This document shows positions 29,674-39,800 of a stretch of 64,000 nt of DNA, piece after piece. Source of the stretch: an uncultured Candidatus Rokubacteria bacterium (GTDB taxonomy: Bacteria; Methylomirabilota; Methylomirabilia; Rokubacteriales; CSP1-6); the NCBI GenBank assembly GCA_963771355.1, contig CAVYTA010000006.1, positions 2,432,001 through 2,496,000 of the forward strand, in the 5' to 3' direction. The notes under the pieces are model-generated. The model did no database searches, was not told the origin of the DNA, and worked only from the letters and a program-made list of their open reading frames with translations. How positions within the stretch are numbered: position 1 is the first letter of the stretch; every line of letters starts with the position of its first letter. The translations under genes were made by a program, and so were the position numbers.

Positions 29674-30701
29674 GCGCGGCCTCCGCCGGCGAGGGCGACG
29701 AGCGGCTCGAGGTTGGCCCAGTCCATCTGCCGCCGGCCGTCCTCGAGATCGCGGATCAGCTCGATGAGCCGGCGGGTGAGCGGCATCTCCACGCCGAGGC
29801 TCTCGCCCTTCGCCACCAGCATGCCGAGCTGGCCGTCCACCTCGGTCTTGCGCTTGCGCACCGCGAGGTCGCGCCAGATGCCGGTCTTGGTCTTGGTGTG
29901 CGCGCGGTAGTGCGTGGCGATGGCGGTCATGGCGCGCTCGCGCGCGCCGGAGTCGCCGGCCAGGGCGGCGCGGTACCAGGCGGGGTCGAACTCGTCGAAG
30001 GGCTCGATGCGCACCCCCGCCTTGTCGGCCACCGCCATCCCCTCGCCCACGATGCCCACCAGCGCGTGCTGCACGCCGGGGCTCCGCTCCACCACCTCGT
30101 ACACGTGGGCGTCGACCACCGCGGTCCCGAAGAGGAGGGCGCCGTAGATGAGCTTGGCCCACTTGTAGCCCCAGATATTGTCGGTGACCGGCGTCTGCTC
30201 CACCGCGCTCAGCAGCGAGGCCAGCTCCTGGACGCGCGGGGTGATGCGGCCGTCGAGCTCGCCCAGCACGAAGGCGCCGTGACCGCCGTGGAGGATGCGC
30301 CCCGGCGCCACCCAGTCCGCGGCCCAGTTCACCAGGCAGCCGACGGTGCGCGCCGGCCCCACCGCGCGGGCGATCTGCTCCTCGCTGAGGCCGTTCTGGA
30401 GGGACACCACCGTGCCGCCCGCCGCCAGCCGCGGCACCAGGACGCCGAGCGCATCGCCGGTCTGATGGCTCTTCACCGCCAGCATCACCAGCTCCAGGCC
30501 GTGGCCGAGGTCCCCGGACAGCACCGCGCGCACGCGCGTGGTGGTGGCCTTGCCCTCGCGCTCCACGGTGAGGCCCTGAGCATTGATGGCCTCGACGTGG
30601 GGCGCATGGTTGTCCACGAGCAGAACGTCGTGGCCGGCTTCCGCCAGTGCCGCCCCGGTGGTGCCTCCGATCGCGCCCGCCCCGAAGATGGTGATGGTCA
30701 T
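29670..30701 (-). CDS. ketopantoate reductase (PanE/ApbA) family protein
   Basis: GAGAIGG, AVKS, SLQNG, WAKL, RKTEVD. Confidence 0.85.
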   Translation of the reverse strand: MTITIFGAGAIGGTTGAALAEAGHDVLLVDNHAPHVEAINAQGLTVEREGKATTTRVRAVLSGDLGHGLELVMLAVKSHQTGDALGVLVPRLAAGGTVVSLQNGLSEEQIARAVGPARTVGCLVNWAADWVAPGRILHGGHGAFVLGELDGRITPRVQELASLLSAVEQTPVTDNIWGYKWAKLIYGALLFGTAVVDAHVYEVVERSPGVQHALVGIVGEGMAVADKAGVRIEPFDEFDPAWYRAALAGDSGARERAMTAIATHYRAHTKTKTGIWRDLAVRKRKTEVDGQLGMLVAKGESLGVEMPLTRRLIELIRDLEDGRRQMDWANLEPLVALAGGGRA

Positions 30702-30746
30702 GATGCCCTCCGACCTAACACACGCGAGAGAGGCGGGTCAAGCGCG

Positions 30747-32804
30747 TCACCCGACGCGGGACCGGCGCAGCGACGCCGCCGCCGTCTCCAGCGCGGCCAG
30801 CTCCCGCGCGTCCAGCTTCACGGCGCCGAAGCGCACGCGCTCGTAGCCCGCGGTCACTCCCTCGAGGGCGGGCGCCGCGCCGGGCAGAGCCCGCGCCGCG
30901 CGGGCGGCGAACTCGCGCGCGGTCTCCTCCGGGCCCGGCCGCAGCCCCTGCCGCGCGAGGGCGCGGAGCAGCCGCACGTAGAAGCGGGGCGGCGCCGTCG
31001 CCGCGCGCGCCGCCGGGCCGCCCCCGCGCCGCCGCCGGAGCCAGACGATGAAGACCGCCCCCGCCACCACCAGGACCGCGCCCGCCAGCGCCGCGCGCGG
31101 CGGCCGCCACGCGCGTAGCGCGGCGAGATCGAAGCGCCAGGTGGTCGCCTGGCGGCGGATGGTGGTGGCCACCTCGACCTGATCGCGCAGGCTCCAGTTG
31201 ACGACGTAGCGGTACCAGCGCAGCCGGAGCGCGTCCAGGTAGAGGGAGGCGCCGGTGGCGGCGGCCTCCGCTTCCGCGCGCGGAGAGGGATCGAGGCTCA
31301 CCCAGCCGGCGCCGGCAAGATACACCTCCACCCAGGAGTGGGCATCCCGCATGCGCACGGTGAAGTAGCGGCCGTACGGGTTCCACTCGCCGCGCTGGAA
31401 GCCGCCCACCACCCGCGCCGGGATGCCCAGGCTGCGTAGCATGACGGCGAGCGCGGCGGCGAAGTACTCGCAATTGCCCGAGCGGCTGTCGAAGAGGAAC
31501 TCCTCCAGCGGCGGCAGCGTGGTCTTGCGCTGGAGGTTCAGGGAGTAGCGATACTCGCGGGAGAGGTGCTCGGTGAGGCGCAGCGCGGTTTCATGGGCGT
31601 CGCGGCTTCCCGCGGTGACCTCGCGGGCGAGCGCGGCGATACGCGGGCCCATGGGGGGGAGCTGGAGATATCGGGCCAGCCCGGGCTCATCCGTCCTCCG
31701 TCGCGTCCCGCCCCGGAGGGCCCCCGGCGGGGGCGGGGTCTCCAGCTCCGAGTCGACTCGATAGTGCAAGCGCGCGGCGGGCGAGGGCACTGCGATGCTG
31801 CCCATGTCGTCCAGGGTGATCTCGGCGGCGCGGGTCTCGAGGCGCAGCGCGCGGGGGGCGGCGAAGATGATCTCGGTGCCGATCGGCTCCAGGAAGACCT
31901 CCTGGACGAGCAGCGGGCCGCGCCCGCGATAGGGGCCGACCCGGTATTCGCTCGCCGGCGAGCGGCGGAGGGTCACCCGGTGGGCCCGGCCCACCGACCA
32001 GGCGCGGCCGTCGAACTCGTCGAAGACGATGCCCCGCCACCGGAGGCCGGCGAGCTGCTCCGGCTCCACCGTGCTCTCCGCCACGTGCACGCGCATGGCG
32101 ATGCTGCTGTCGTTCTGGATCTGGCCGTAGGCGCCGAGCTCCACGCGGTCCGAGAAGCCGGTGACGAGCGAGCCGATCTTGCTCCGGAACGGCAGCGCCG
32201 CCAGACCGACGCGCGGGATCACGAAGAAGAGGGCGGTGCTGAAGAGGAACGTGGCGATGGACGCCGCCGCCGCCAGCCCCATGAGCATGCGGGGGCTCGC
32301 CCAGGTCGCGCTCCCGCCCGCCACCACGCGGTCCGGCCCGGGGGCCGACTCCACCAGCACGTGCTGGAGCAGCAGGAGCCACGTGGAGATGAGCAAGAAG
32401 GCGATGAAGACGCCGAGAAAGCCCACGTCGAACGCCGCCGAGGATGCCGCCACCAGCATGAAGAAGGCGAGGAAGGCCACCACCCGGGCATCACGCCGGG
32501 CATCGGCGGTGAAGAGACGCGCGAGGACGAGGAAGAGCAGCAGGTGGACGAGGCCGTCGAGCACGGTCTCCGCGAGATAGAGCAGATCTACCACGGAGGC
32601 GGCGGCGGCCACGCCCACCAGCGCCGCGCCCAGGCCGCGCGTGCGGATGCGCGCGCGAATGGCCGCCTGCGCCCAGCTCAGCGCCAGTGCCGCCACCACC
32701 ACGGCCATGCCCACCGGCCCGAGCAGCCCGGCGAGGACGAGGGCCACGACCCCGTCGAGCACGAGCAGATAGGTGGCCAAACGCACCGCCAGCGTCAGCG
32801 ACAT
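30747..32804 (-). CDS. DUF3488/transglutaminase (TgpA-like) membrane protein
   Basis: N-terminal TM block, GFSDRVELG, GNCEYFA, GIPARVVGGF, HSWVEVY, DPSP. Confidence 0.9.
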   Translation of the reverse strand: MSLTLAVRLATYLLVLDGVVALVLAGLLGPVGMAVVVAALALSWAQAAIRARIRTRGLGAALVGVAAAASVVDLLYLAETVLDGLVHLLLFLVLARLFTADARRDARVVAFLAFFMLVAASSAAFDVGFLGVFIAFLLISTWLLLLQHVLVESAPGPDRVVAGGSATWASPRMLMGLAAAASIATFLFSTALFFVIPRVGLAALPFRSKIGSLVTGFSDRVELGAYGQIQNDSSIAMRVHVAESTVEPEQLAGLRWRGIVFDEFDGRAWSVGRAHRVTLRRSPASEYRVGPYRGRGPLLVQEVFLEPIGTEIIFAAPRALRLETRAAEITLDDMGSIAVPSPAARLHYRVDSELETPPPPGALRGGTRRRTDEPGLARYLQLPPMGPRIAALAREVTAGSRDAHETALRLTEHLSREYRYSLNLQRKTTLPPLEEFLFDSRSGNCEYFAAALAVMLRSLGIPARVVGGFQRGEWNPYGRYFTVRMRDAHSWVEVYLAGAGWVSLDPSPRAEAEAAATGASLYLDALRLRWYRYVVNWSLRDQVEVATTIRRQATTWRFDLAALRAWRPPRAALAGAVLVVAGAVFIVWLRRRRGGGPAARAATAPPRFYVRLLRALARQGLRPGPEETAREFAARAARALPGAAPALEGVTAGYERVRFGAVKLDARELAALETAAASLRRSRVG

Positions 32805-33802
32805 CAGTCGACCCCCACCCGAATCTCGCGGACGCCCGGACGGAGGGGGGGTGCGATCGTTCCGGAGGCGGCGACCACGGGCTCCCAGACCGCCAGGGCG
32901 GTCAGCGTGCGGCGCCGCTGAGCGGGCCCGCGCCCGGGGGGCACCCAGAGGCCGCGGCCGGCCAGCTCCACCTGGGCGCCGGCGTGCAGCAGATGCGCGG
33001 CGAGCGAGGCCGCTTCACTGATGGCCTCCTCGAGCCGTGCGGGCGCGCCACCGTCCCCGACCACGATGCGCGTGTCCAGCGTCGTCTCCGCTTCCATCTC
33101 GCGGACCGTCAGCGTTCCCGTCTTGGCGCTGGACTTCCAGTGCACCAGCCGCAGGTCGTCGCCCGCCCGATAGTCGCGGAGATTGTGGAGGTCGCTGCCC
33201 CGCCCCCGCCGCCGGGCGGCCACGGCGCCTCCCCCACTCGGGGAGCGCAGCAGGTGGGTCGGCACCGGCGACAGCGCAGGAAAGACGAGCACCTCCTCCC
33301 GCAGCGTGGGCTGCCCCGCCTTGAGGAAGATGCCGAAGGGGAAGCGCGTGGTGACCCGCAAGCCGCCCAGCCGATGGCGCCCGCGCCGCGGCAGAGTGGC
33401 CTCCCAGGTCACGAGCCGGTCATCCCCCGCCGGGATGCGGGGGAGATAGATGAAGCGGACGGCGCGCCCACCGTCCAGCACCTCCAGCGTGATCGAGTAG
33501 GACGGCACCCAGCGCTTGAGGCTCGTCACGGTGGCCCCGAGCAGCGCGGGCCGGCCCGCGTGTAGCTCCTCGGGGAGCACCGCCGCCAGCTGCAGCCGCC
33601 GGATCACCGCCTCGGAGAGGATCCCGGAGACGACGACCAGGGCGAGGAGCATGGACGAGAGGAGATAGAGGAGATTGTTGCCGGTATTGACCGCGGCCAC
33701 CCCCAGCCCCACCGCCGCGAACAGCGTCCACCAGCCGTCGCGCGTGGGCCAGATCGTCCGGCGCGGGTGCCAGAGGCGGCGGAGCCAGTCGGGAACGCGC
33801 AT
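32804..33802 (-). CDS. DUF58 domain protein
   Basis: AVNTGNNLLYL, FPFG, LRDYRAGDDLRLVHWKSSA. Confidence 0.9.
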   Translation of the reverse strand: MRVPDWLRRLWHPRRTIWPTRDGWWTLFAAVGLGVAAVNTGNNLLYLLSSMLLALVVVSGILSEAVIRRLQLAAVLPEELHAGRPALLGATVTSLKRWVPSYSITLEVLDGGRAVRFIYLPRIPAGDDRLVTWEATLPRRGRHRLGGLRVTTRFPFGIFLKAGQPTLREEVLVFPALSPVPTHLLRSPSGGGAVAARRRGRGSDLHNLRDYRAGDDLRLVHWKSSAKTGTLTVREMEAETTLDTRIVVGDGGAPARLEEAISEAASLAAHLLHAGAQVELAGRGLWVPPGRGPAQRRRTLTALAVWEPVVAASGTIAPPLRPGVREIRVGVD

Positions 33803-33812
33803 GGGGCCCCGC

Positions 33813-34760
33813 TCAGCGCGGGACGGACAGGTCCTGGATCAGCGCGCGGATCACGGCCTCGCTGTGCACCCCGCCGCCGGCGACGCCGGGCGCCGCGCGG
33901 GCGATCACGCGATGGGCCAGCGCGGGCACCGCGAGCGCTTTCACGTCGTCGGGCACGAGGAAGTCGCGCCCGTCGGCGAGGGCGCGGGCCCGCGCCGCGC
34001 GCAGCAGCGCGAGCGAGCCGCGCGGGCTCACCCCGAGCGACAGCAATGGCGACACCCGCGTCGCCGCCACCAGCGCCATGAGATAGTCCAGCACCGAGTC
34101 CTCCGCGCGCACGGCGTCCGTCTCGTCCTGGAGCTCCAGCACCGTGGCGGTGTCGAGCACGGGCTCGAGGAACGAGAGCGCGGCGCCCCCGCCCCCGCGG
34201 AGGATCACCTTCTCGTCCGGCGCGTCGGGATAGCCGATGCGGATGCGCAGGAGAAAGCGGTCGAGCTGCGACTCCGGCAGCGGGAAGGTGCCCTCGTACT
34301 CGTGCGGGTTCTGCGTCGCGAGCACCATGAACGGCTTCGGCAGCGGGTGGGTGGTGTGGTCCAGCGACACCTGCGCCTCGTTCATCGCCTCCAGGAGGCT
34401 CGACTGGGTCTTGGGGGTGGTGCGGTTGATTTCGTCGGCGAGCACGATGTTGGTGAAGAGCGGGCCGGGCTTGAAGACGAAGTCCCCGCGATCGGGCTGG
34501 TAGACCGAGATGCCCAGCACGTCGGAGGGCAGCATGTCCGAGGTGAACTGGATGCGCTGGAAGCCCCCCCCGATGGAGCGGGCGAGGGCGGCGCCCAGCG
34601 TGGTCTTACCCACGCCGGGCACGTCCTCGATGAGGAGATGCCCTCGCGCGAGGAGGCCGATGACGGCGAGCCGGACCACCTCCGGCTTGCCGACGAGGGC
34701 GCGCCCGACGCTCTCCTCGAGCCGGCGGATCCGGTCGGCGGTCCGGGCATCCGCGGCCAT
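33813..34760 (-). CDS. moxR: MoxR family AAA+ ATPase
   Basis: EDVPGVGKT, RIQFTSDMLPSD, ADEINR, ATQNP, PLPESQLDRF. Confidence 0.93.
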   Translation of the reverse strand: MAADARTADRIRRLEESVGRALVGKPEVVRLAVIGLLARGHLLIEDVPGVGKTTLGAALARSIGGGFQRIQFTSDMLPSDVLGISVYQPDRGDFVFKPGPLFTNIVLADEINRTTPKTQSSLLEAMNEAQVSLDHTTHPLPKPFMVLATQNPHEYEGTFPLPESQLDRFLLRIRIGYPDAPDEKVILRGGGGAALSFLEPVLDTATVLELQDETDAVRAEDSVLDYLMALVAATRVSPLLSLGVSPRGSLALLRAARARALADGRDFLVPDDVKALAVPALAHRVIARAAPGVAGGGVHSEAVIRALIQDLSVPR

Positions 34761-34774
34761 CTTGACCGGGCCGC

Positions 34775-35707
34775 TCAGCGGAGCGCCGGCGCCACCTCGG
34801 TGATGAAGCGATCGAGCGTCTTCTTCTTGTCGGCCCCGAGGAAGAAGCTGGGAATGAACAGCATCCCCACCCCCGCGTCGCGCAGGCGACCGAGCGTGTC
34901 CTGGATCTGCGCGCGGCTCCCGGCCAGCACGGTGTCGCGGGCCTTCGCCTCGTCCGCCCCCATGCGCGCCATGTAGACCTTGCGCATCTTCTCGACCTCG
35001 GCGGCGTCCTCGGTCATGGCGAGCACCATGACCGCGGAGCGGAGAATCGTCTTGGGATCGCGGCCCACGGTGGCGCAGTGGCCCTCGAGGATCTTGCCCT
35101 TGGCGGCCAGCGTGTTCGGCCCCCCCCACACGTTCCAGTGGTCGGCGTGCCGGGCGGCGATCTTCAGCGTGACCTTCTCACCACCGCCGCCCACCATCAG
35201 CTCGGGATGGGGCTTCTGCACGGGCTTGGGGTCGTGCGGCGCGTCGTCCAGCGCGTAGTACTTGCCCTTCCACGTGCTCTTCGGCTGGGTCCAGAGCAGC
35301 TTGAGCAGCTGGCAGGCCTCGTCGAGCCGCGCCAGGCGCTCGCCGACCGTGTAGAAGGGGATGTCGTAGGCCTTGTGCTCGTTCTCCTGCCAGCCCGCGC
35401 CCATCCCGCAGATGAGCCGGCCGCCGGAGATGATGTCGATATTGGTGGCCATCTTGGCCAGGACCGCCGGATGGCGGTAGGTGTTGCCGGACACGATGGT
35501 GCCCACGCGAATCCGCCGCGTCTCCGCCGCCAGCGCGGCGAGCACCGTCCAGCACTCCAGGGTGTCGCCGACGCGGTCCTTCGTGTTCGGCATGAAGTGG
35601 TCGGTGACGCAGGCGGCGTCCCAGCCGGTGGTGTCGAGGTGGCGCCAGGTATCGAGGAGCTCGCTCCATGGGGTGCCGCCGAGACCGGAGAATAGCGCGA
35701 ATTTCAT
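34775..35707 (-). CDS. LLM-class (probably F420-dependent) oxidoreductase
   Basis: TDHF, ECWTVLAALA, YRHPAVLAK, GGGGEK. Confidence 0.88.
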   Translation of the reverse strand: MKFALFSGLGGTPWSELLDTWRHLDTTGWDAACVTDHFMPNTKDRVGDTLECWTVLAALAAETRRIRVGTIVSGNTYRHPAVLAKMATNIDIISGGRLICGMGAGWQENEHKAYDIPFYTVGERLARLDEACQLLKLLWTQPKSTWKGKYYALDDAPHDPKPVQKPHPELMVGGGGEKVTLKIAARHADHWNVWGGPNTLAAKGKILEGHCATVGRDPKTILRSAVMVLAMTEDAAEVEKMRKVYMARMGADEAKARDTVLAGSRAQIQDTLGRLRDAGVGMLFIPSFFLGADKKKTLDRFITEVAPALR

Positions 35708-35754
35708 GAGCCCTCCCTGGGGTCCGCTCCGAGCGTACCATATCGGTTCCGGCC

Positions 35755-36735
35755 ATGACCGCGCCCCGTCGGCTTCTCGTCATCCATCCGGGCGCCCTCG
35801 GAGACGTCCTGCAGGCGGTCCCCGCGCTGCGGGCGCTGGGCGGGAACGCGGGCGGGGGCCAGGTGAGCCTCGCCGCCCAGCCGCGGCTGGCACGGCTGCT
35901 CGCGGGCGCGGGCGTGGTGGACGAGGCGCTGTCCTTCGACGCATTGGGGCTGGCCGCGCTCTTTGCGGACGACGATCCCGTGCCTCCGGCGCTGGCTGCG
36001 CGCCTCGGCGGCTTCGACGCCGTCGTCTCCTGGTTCGGCGCGCGCGTTCCGTCCTACGCGGAGCGCCTGACCGCGCTGGTGCCGCGGGTGGTCCTGGCCC
36101 CGCCGGTGCCGCCCGAGGGTGACGCCACGCCGGTCTGGCGGTACCTGCTCGCGACGGTGGCTCCCCTCGGCCCGCTCGATCCGCGGGCGGCGGGGGAGGT
36201 CGGCCCGCTCGCGGCGCCCTTGGCCTTCCCGGAGGAGTGGGCGGTGCAGGGCCGTGCGGCGCTGGCCGCGGTGGGCCTCGGGGACGCGCGGCCGCTCCTC
36301 GTCGTGCATGCCGGCGCCGGGGGCCGGTGGAAACGCTGGCCGGCCGAGCGCTTCGCCGAGGTGGTCGCGCGCGCCGCCGGCGCCGCGGTGCTCCTCCACG
36401 AGGGCCCGGCGGACCGCGAGGCGGTGGACGCGCTGGAGCGCCGCCTGGACGCGCTCGGCGCGGCGGCCGGCCGCGCGCGCCTGATCGCGCCCGCGCTCGA
36501 GCCGCTCGCGGCCGTACTCGCCGGAGCGCGCGCCTATCTCGGCGGCGACTCCGGCATCAGCCATCTGGCCGCCGCCGCGGGCGCGGCCGCCATCATCCTC
36601 TATCCGGCGGCCACCCTGGACCGCTGGGCGCCGTGGAGTCCGCGGGCGCGCCCGCTCCCCGCCTCCGACGACGCCGCCGGCGTGGACCGCGCGGTGGAGG
36701 CGCTCGCCGGCCTCTTCCCCCCGCCGGCCCCTTGA
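35755..36735 (+). CDS. glycosyltransferase family 9 (heptosyltransferase-like)
   Basis: GALGDVL, HAGAGGRWKRWPAERF, GGDSGISHLAAA. Confidence 0.82.
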   Translation: MTAPRRLLVIHPGALGDVLQAVPALRALGGNAGGGQVSLAAQPRLARLLAGAGVVDEALSFDALGLAALFADDDPVPPALAARLGGFDAVVSWFGARVPSYAERLTALVPRVVLAPPVPPEGDATPVWRYLLATVAPLGPLDPRAAGEVGPLAAPLAFPEEWAVQGRAALAAVGLGDARPLLVVHAGAGGRWKRWPAERFAEVVARAAGAAVLLHEGPADREAVDALERRLDALGAAAGRARLIAPALEPLAAVLAGARAYLGGDSGISHLAAAAGAAAIILYPAATLDRWAPWSPRARPLPASDDAAGVDRAVEALAGLFPPPAP

Positions 36736-36760
36736 CAGCGCGGGCGCTCACCTCTATATG
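36732..36760 (+). promoter_or_regulatory. sigma70 promoter for a leaderless transcript
   Basis: TTGACA-17 nt-TATATG-6 nt-ATG(36767). Confidence 0.65.
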
Positions 36761-36766
36761 GGCCCC

Positions 36767-37435
36767 ATGCCCATGATCGATCTCTCCTTTCCGATCCGGC
36801 CGCACTTCCGCTGGCGCGTCGCGCGCGAGGTGCGCGCCTCGCATGCCGCCGGCGACAACTTCGAGTCGTCCATCATGACCCTGGGCTGTCATGCCTACAC
36901 GCACGTGGACGCGCCCAAGCACTTCCTTCCCGGCGCCCGCCACATCGCGGAGATGCCCGTGGATCAGTGGGTGGGCGAGGCGGCGGTGGTGGATCTCACC
37001 CATCTCGCCGACAACGACGGGGTCACCGCCGCCGATCTCGAGCGACGCGCGGGGCACGTGCGGCCGGGCGACATCGCGCTGCTGCGGACGGACTGGCCGC
37101 GGCGCGTGAGCGTGGACGAGGAGCGCTTCTGGCGCGACGCCCCCTTCACCGCCGCGGACGCCTGCCACTGGCTGGTCGCGCGCGGGGTCAAGGCGGTGGG
37201 CTACGACTATCCGCCCGACTTCTCCGTCCGGACCAGTATCTTCGAGCCGACCCGGAAGGTCCTTCCGGAAGACTGCACGACGCATCACATCTTCTTCCCC
37301 GCCGGGATCACGGTGATCGAGTACCTCACCAACCTGCACCGCATCGGCGCCGCCCGCTGCCGGTTCCTGGCCCTGCCCTTGGCCCTGGACCAGGCCGACG
37401 GCTCTCCCGTCCGGGCGGTGGCCCTGATCGACTGA
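36767..37435 (+). CDS. cyclase family (kynurenine formamidase-like) metallohydrolase
   Basis: HAYTHVDAPKHF, LLRTDW, IEYLTNL, DGSPVRAVA. Confidence 0.88.
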   Translation: MPMIDLSFPIRPHFRWRVAREVRASHAAGDNFESSIMTLGCHAYTHVDAPKHFLPGARHIAEMPVDQWVGEAAVVDLTHLADNDGVTAADLERRAGHVRPGDIALLRTDWPRRVSVDEERFWRDAPFTAADACHWLVARGVKAVGYDYPPDFSVRTSIFEPTRKVLPEDCTTHHIFFPAGITVIEYLTNLHRIGAARCRFLALPLALDQADGSPVRAVALID

Positions 37436-37448
37436 CGGGGCCCGCCCC

Positions 37449-37482
37449 GATCGAGGGTGGCGGCCTGATCGAGGGTGGCGGC
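37449..37482. repeat. tandem duplication of GATCGAGGGTGGCGGC (18-nt period)
   Basis: Two copies at 37449 and 37467 in the intergenic region. Confidence 0.8.
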
Positions 37483-37506
37483 TGATGGTCGGGCTCACCG
37501 TCGGCC

Positions 37507-37536
37507 TTGACACCCGCGGGAGCGCCCGCCTATGCT
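37507..37536 (+). promoter_or_regulatory. sigma70 promoter of the CBS gene
   Basis: TTGACA-18 nt-TATGCT. Confidence 0.6.
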
Positions 37537-37567
37537 CCAGCCAATCCCGCCGGGAAGGGGGCAGGCC

Positions 37568-38092
37568 ATGAGCGAGTTCCAGGACGAGTACTCCGAGTCC
37601 CTCGATAGCGACTTCCGCAAGCTCGAAGGGGCCCTGCTGAACGATACGGTGCGACTGCTGGAGCCCAGCGAGCCCCTCATGCTCCCCGGCGAGACCAGCG
37701 TGCAGGAAGCCATCGGGCAGATGGTGGCCCAGCACCGCGCGGCGGTGGTGGTGGTGGACGGCGAGGGGCGGCTCAGCGGCATCTTCACCGAGCGCGATGT
37801 CCTGATCCGGGTCCTCGGCGAGCGCCGCGACCCCGCCCACACCCCTCTGGCCGAGGTGATGACCCCGAACCCCGAGGCCCTCACGCTCCAGGACCGGATC
37901 TGCTTCGCGGTGAACCGGATGAGCACCGCCGGCTTCCGCACCATCCCCCTGGTGGACGGCGAACGGCGCCCGATCGGCATCATCACGGTCAACGACGTGG
38001 TGAAGTGGCTGGCCGAGATCTTCCCCGAGGCCGTCCTCAACCTGCGGCCCGGCGACCGGCTGAAACACCCCTTGCAGGTCGACGCTGGTTAG
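37568..38092 (+). CDS. CBS domain pair protein
   Basis: GIFTERD, VMTPNP, FRTIPLVD, GIITVND. Confidence 0.88.
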   Translation: MSEFQDEYSESLDSDFRKLEGALLNDTVRLLEPSEPLMLPGETSVQEAIGQMVAQHRAAVVVVDGEGRLSGIFTERDVLIRVLGERRDPAHTPLAEVMTPNPEALTLQDRICFAVNRMSTAGFRTIPLVDGERRPIGIITVNDVVKWLAEIFPEAVLNLRPGDRLKHPLQVDAG

Positions 38093-38211
38093 CCCAGCCT
38101 AAGACCGCGTGAACCCTGAGGCGCCCGGGGGCATTTCGTGTATACTTGCCCGAGTTTGCTGATCCTCAACGTGACAATCGAGCCGCCAAACACCCGCGAA
38201 TAGGGGAAACC

Positions 38212-38946
38212 GTGCTCATACACGCCGTGCTCGTCGTCATCGCCGCGATCCTGGTGACCCAGGCGACCGTCCTCGCCACCACGATCTACCTGCACCGCGC
38301 GCTCGCGCACCGGGCGCTCGTCGTGCACCCGTTGCTGGACTGGCTCTTCCGCGCGGTGCTCTGGCTGAGCACCGGCATGCGGCGGCAGGAGTGGGTGGCG
38401 GTGCACCGCAAGCACCACACCTTCACCGACCGGGAAGGCGATCCGCATAGCCCGCTCCTCTTCGGCTTCTGGAAGGTGCAGCTCTTCAACGTGTACTACT
38501 ACGCGCGCGAGGCGATGGATCCCGACATCGTCCGGAAGTTCGCCCCCGACCTCGTCGAGGACCGCTGGGATCGGTGGGTGTTCTCGTGGGGCTTCACCGG
38601 GCTCTTCCTGGGGACCTCCGTCCTGTGCCTGCTGCTGGGCTTCTGGGCCGGCGTGATCGCCATGGTCTCCCACGGCATCCTCTACGTCTTCGTGCTCTCG
38701 CCTCTCATCAACGGCCTCGGCCACTGGCGGGGCGCCCAGAACTTCATGAACACCGCCTACAACTCACGCGTGCTCGCCTGGTTCACCGGCGGGGAGAGCC
38801 TGCACAACAATCACCACGCGTATCCCCGCTCGCCGAAATTCAGCGTGGGACGTTTCGAGTTCGACCCGGCCTGGGTGTTGATCAAGGTCTTCGCCGCGGT
38901 CAAGCTGGTGGGGATCACCGGCCCGGTGGCGAAGCTCACGCAGTAG
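38212..38946 (+). CDS. membrane fatty acid desaturase (delta-9-like)
   Basis: His boxes HRALAH, HRKHH and HNNHH. Confidence 0.9.
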   Translation: MLIHAVLVVIAAILVTQATVLATTIYLHRALAHRALVVHPLLDWLFRAVLWLSTGMRRQEWVAVHRKHHTFTDREGDPHSPLLFGFWKVQLFNVYYYAREAMDPDIVRKFAPDLVEDRWDRWVFSWGFTGLFLGTSVLCLLLGFWAGVIAMVSHGILYVFVLSPLINGLGHWRGAQNFMNTAYNSRVLAWFTGGESLHNNHHAYPRSPKFSVGRFEFDPAWVLIKVFAAVKLVGITGPVAKLTQ

Positions 38947-38975
38947 CCCCCGCCGTCACCGGCGGAGCGGAGCCG

Positions 38976-39266
38976 CTAGGCGGGCGGGACGGCGTCGGGC
39001 GGGACTTCGGTCAGCAGCATCCAGTCGTCGGGGCCCTCGGCGGGGGGCCGTGTGCCCGCCGCCACGCTCACCGTGCGGCCCCGGCTGGGCGAGAACCACT
39101 CCCAGACCCCCGCGGGTGCCGCCGCCTCCTGGGCTTCACCCATCTCGGGGCCCGTCTCGCCGGCGGCCTCGCGATCGGTCTTGCGCTGACGCTTCTCTTC
39201 CTGCTTCGCGCGGCGCATCTGATCCTTGCGGCGGCGCTCGAAGCCATAGTTCTGGCGGGCGCTCAT
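38976..39266 (-). CDS. small hypothetical protein with basic N-terminus
   Basis: 96-aa ORF filling the gap, YGFERRRKDQMRRAKQEEKRQRK. Confidence 0.6.
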   Translation of the reverse strand: MSARQNYGFERRRKDQMRRAKQEEKRQRKTDREAAGETGPEMGEAQEAAAPAGVWEWFSPSRGRTVSVAAGTRPPAEGPDDWMLLTEVPPDAVPPA

Positions 39267-39360
39267 AGGGCGGGGGTTACCGGGTACGTGGGCACGCTCA
39301 TCTTTCCGCGAGTGTACACCGAGCGGCCCCGCTTTGCGATGATCATCGCCGCGGCGCCGC

Positions 39361-39789
39361 TCACCCGTCCGCCACCGCGATGGCGCTGATCTCCAGCTTG
39401 CAGCGCGCGTGGGTGGCGAGCCGCGACACCTCCACCGTGGTGGTGGTGGGGAGATGGCCGGCGAGATACTCGGCCCAGACGCGATTGAGATCGTCCTGCT
39501 CGTCCACCGCGGTCAGGTATCGCGTCGCGGACACGAGGTCGCGGAGGGTGCAGCCGGCCGCCTCGAGCGTCTTCTTGAGATTCTCCATGGTGAGCCGCGC
39601 CTGCTCGCGCATGCTGTCGGGCAAGTCGAACTCCTCGTCGCGGTGGGGATGGCTGTGGTACACCGGCGCGGCGGTGACGCCGGAGAGGAAGACCAGCCGC
39701 CCCTGGGCCACGAGGATGCCCGGGGCATAGGGCATGTGCACGTCGGTGCGGCGGTCGCGGTGATGCACGATCTCGATGCGCCTGGCCAT
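39361..39789 (-). CDS. RidA/YjgF family protein
   Basis: VFLSG, NLKKTLEAAG, LNRVW, PTTTTVEV, LEISAIA. Confidence 0.85.
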   Translation of the reverse strand: MARRIEIVHHRDRRTDVHMPYAPGILVAQGRLVFLSGVTAAPVYHSHPHRDEEFDLPDSMREQARLTMENLKKTLEAAGCTLRDLVSATRYLTAVDEQDDLNRVWAEYLAGHLPTTTTVEVSRLATHARCKLEISAIAVADG

Positions 39790-39800
39790 GGGGACTCCGC

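Noticed and set aside
30747..34760. MoxR-DUF58-transglutaminase cluster as a new system
   Set aside because: A well-known, widespread triad.
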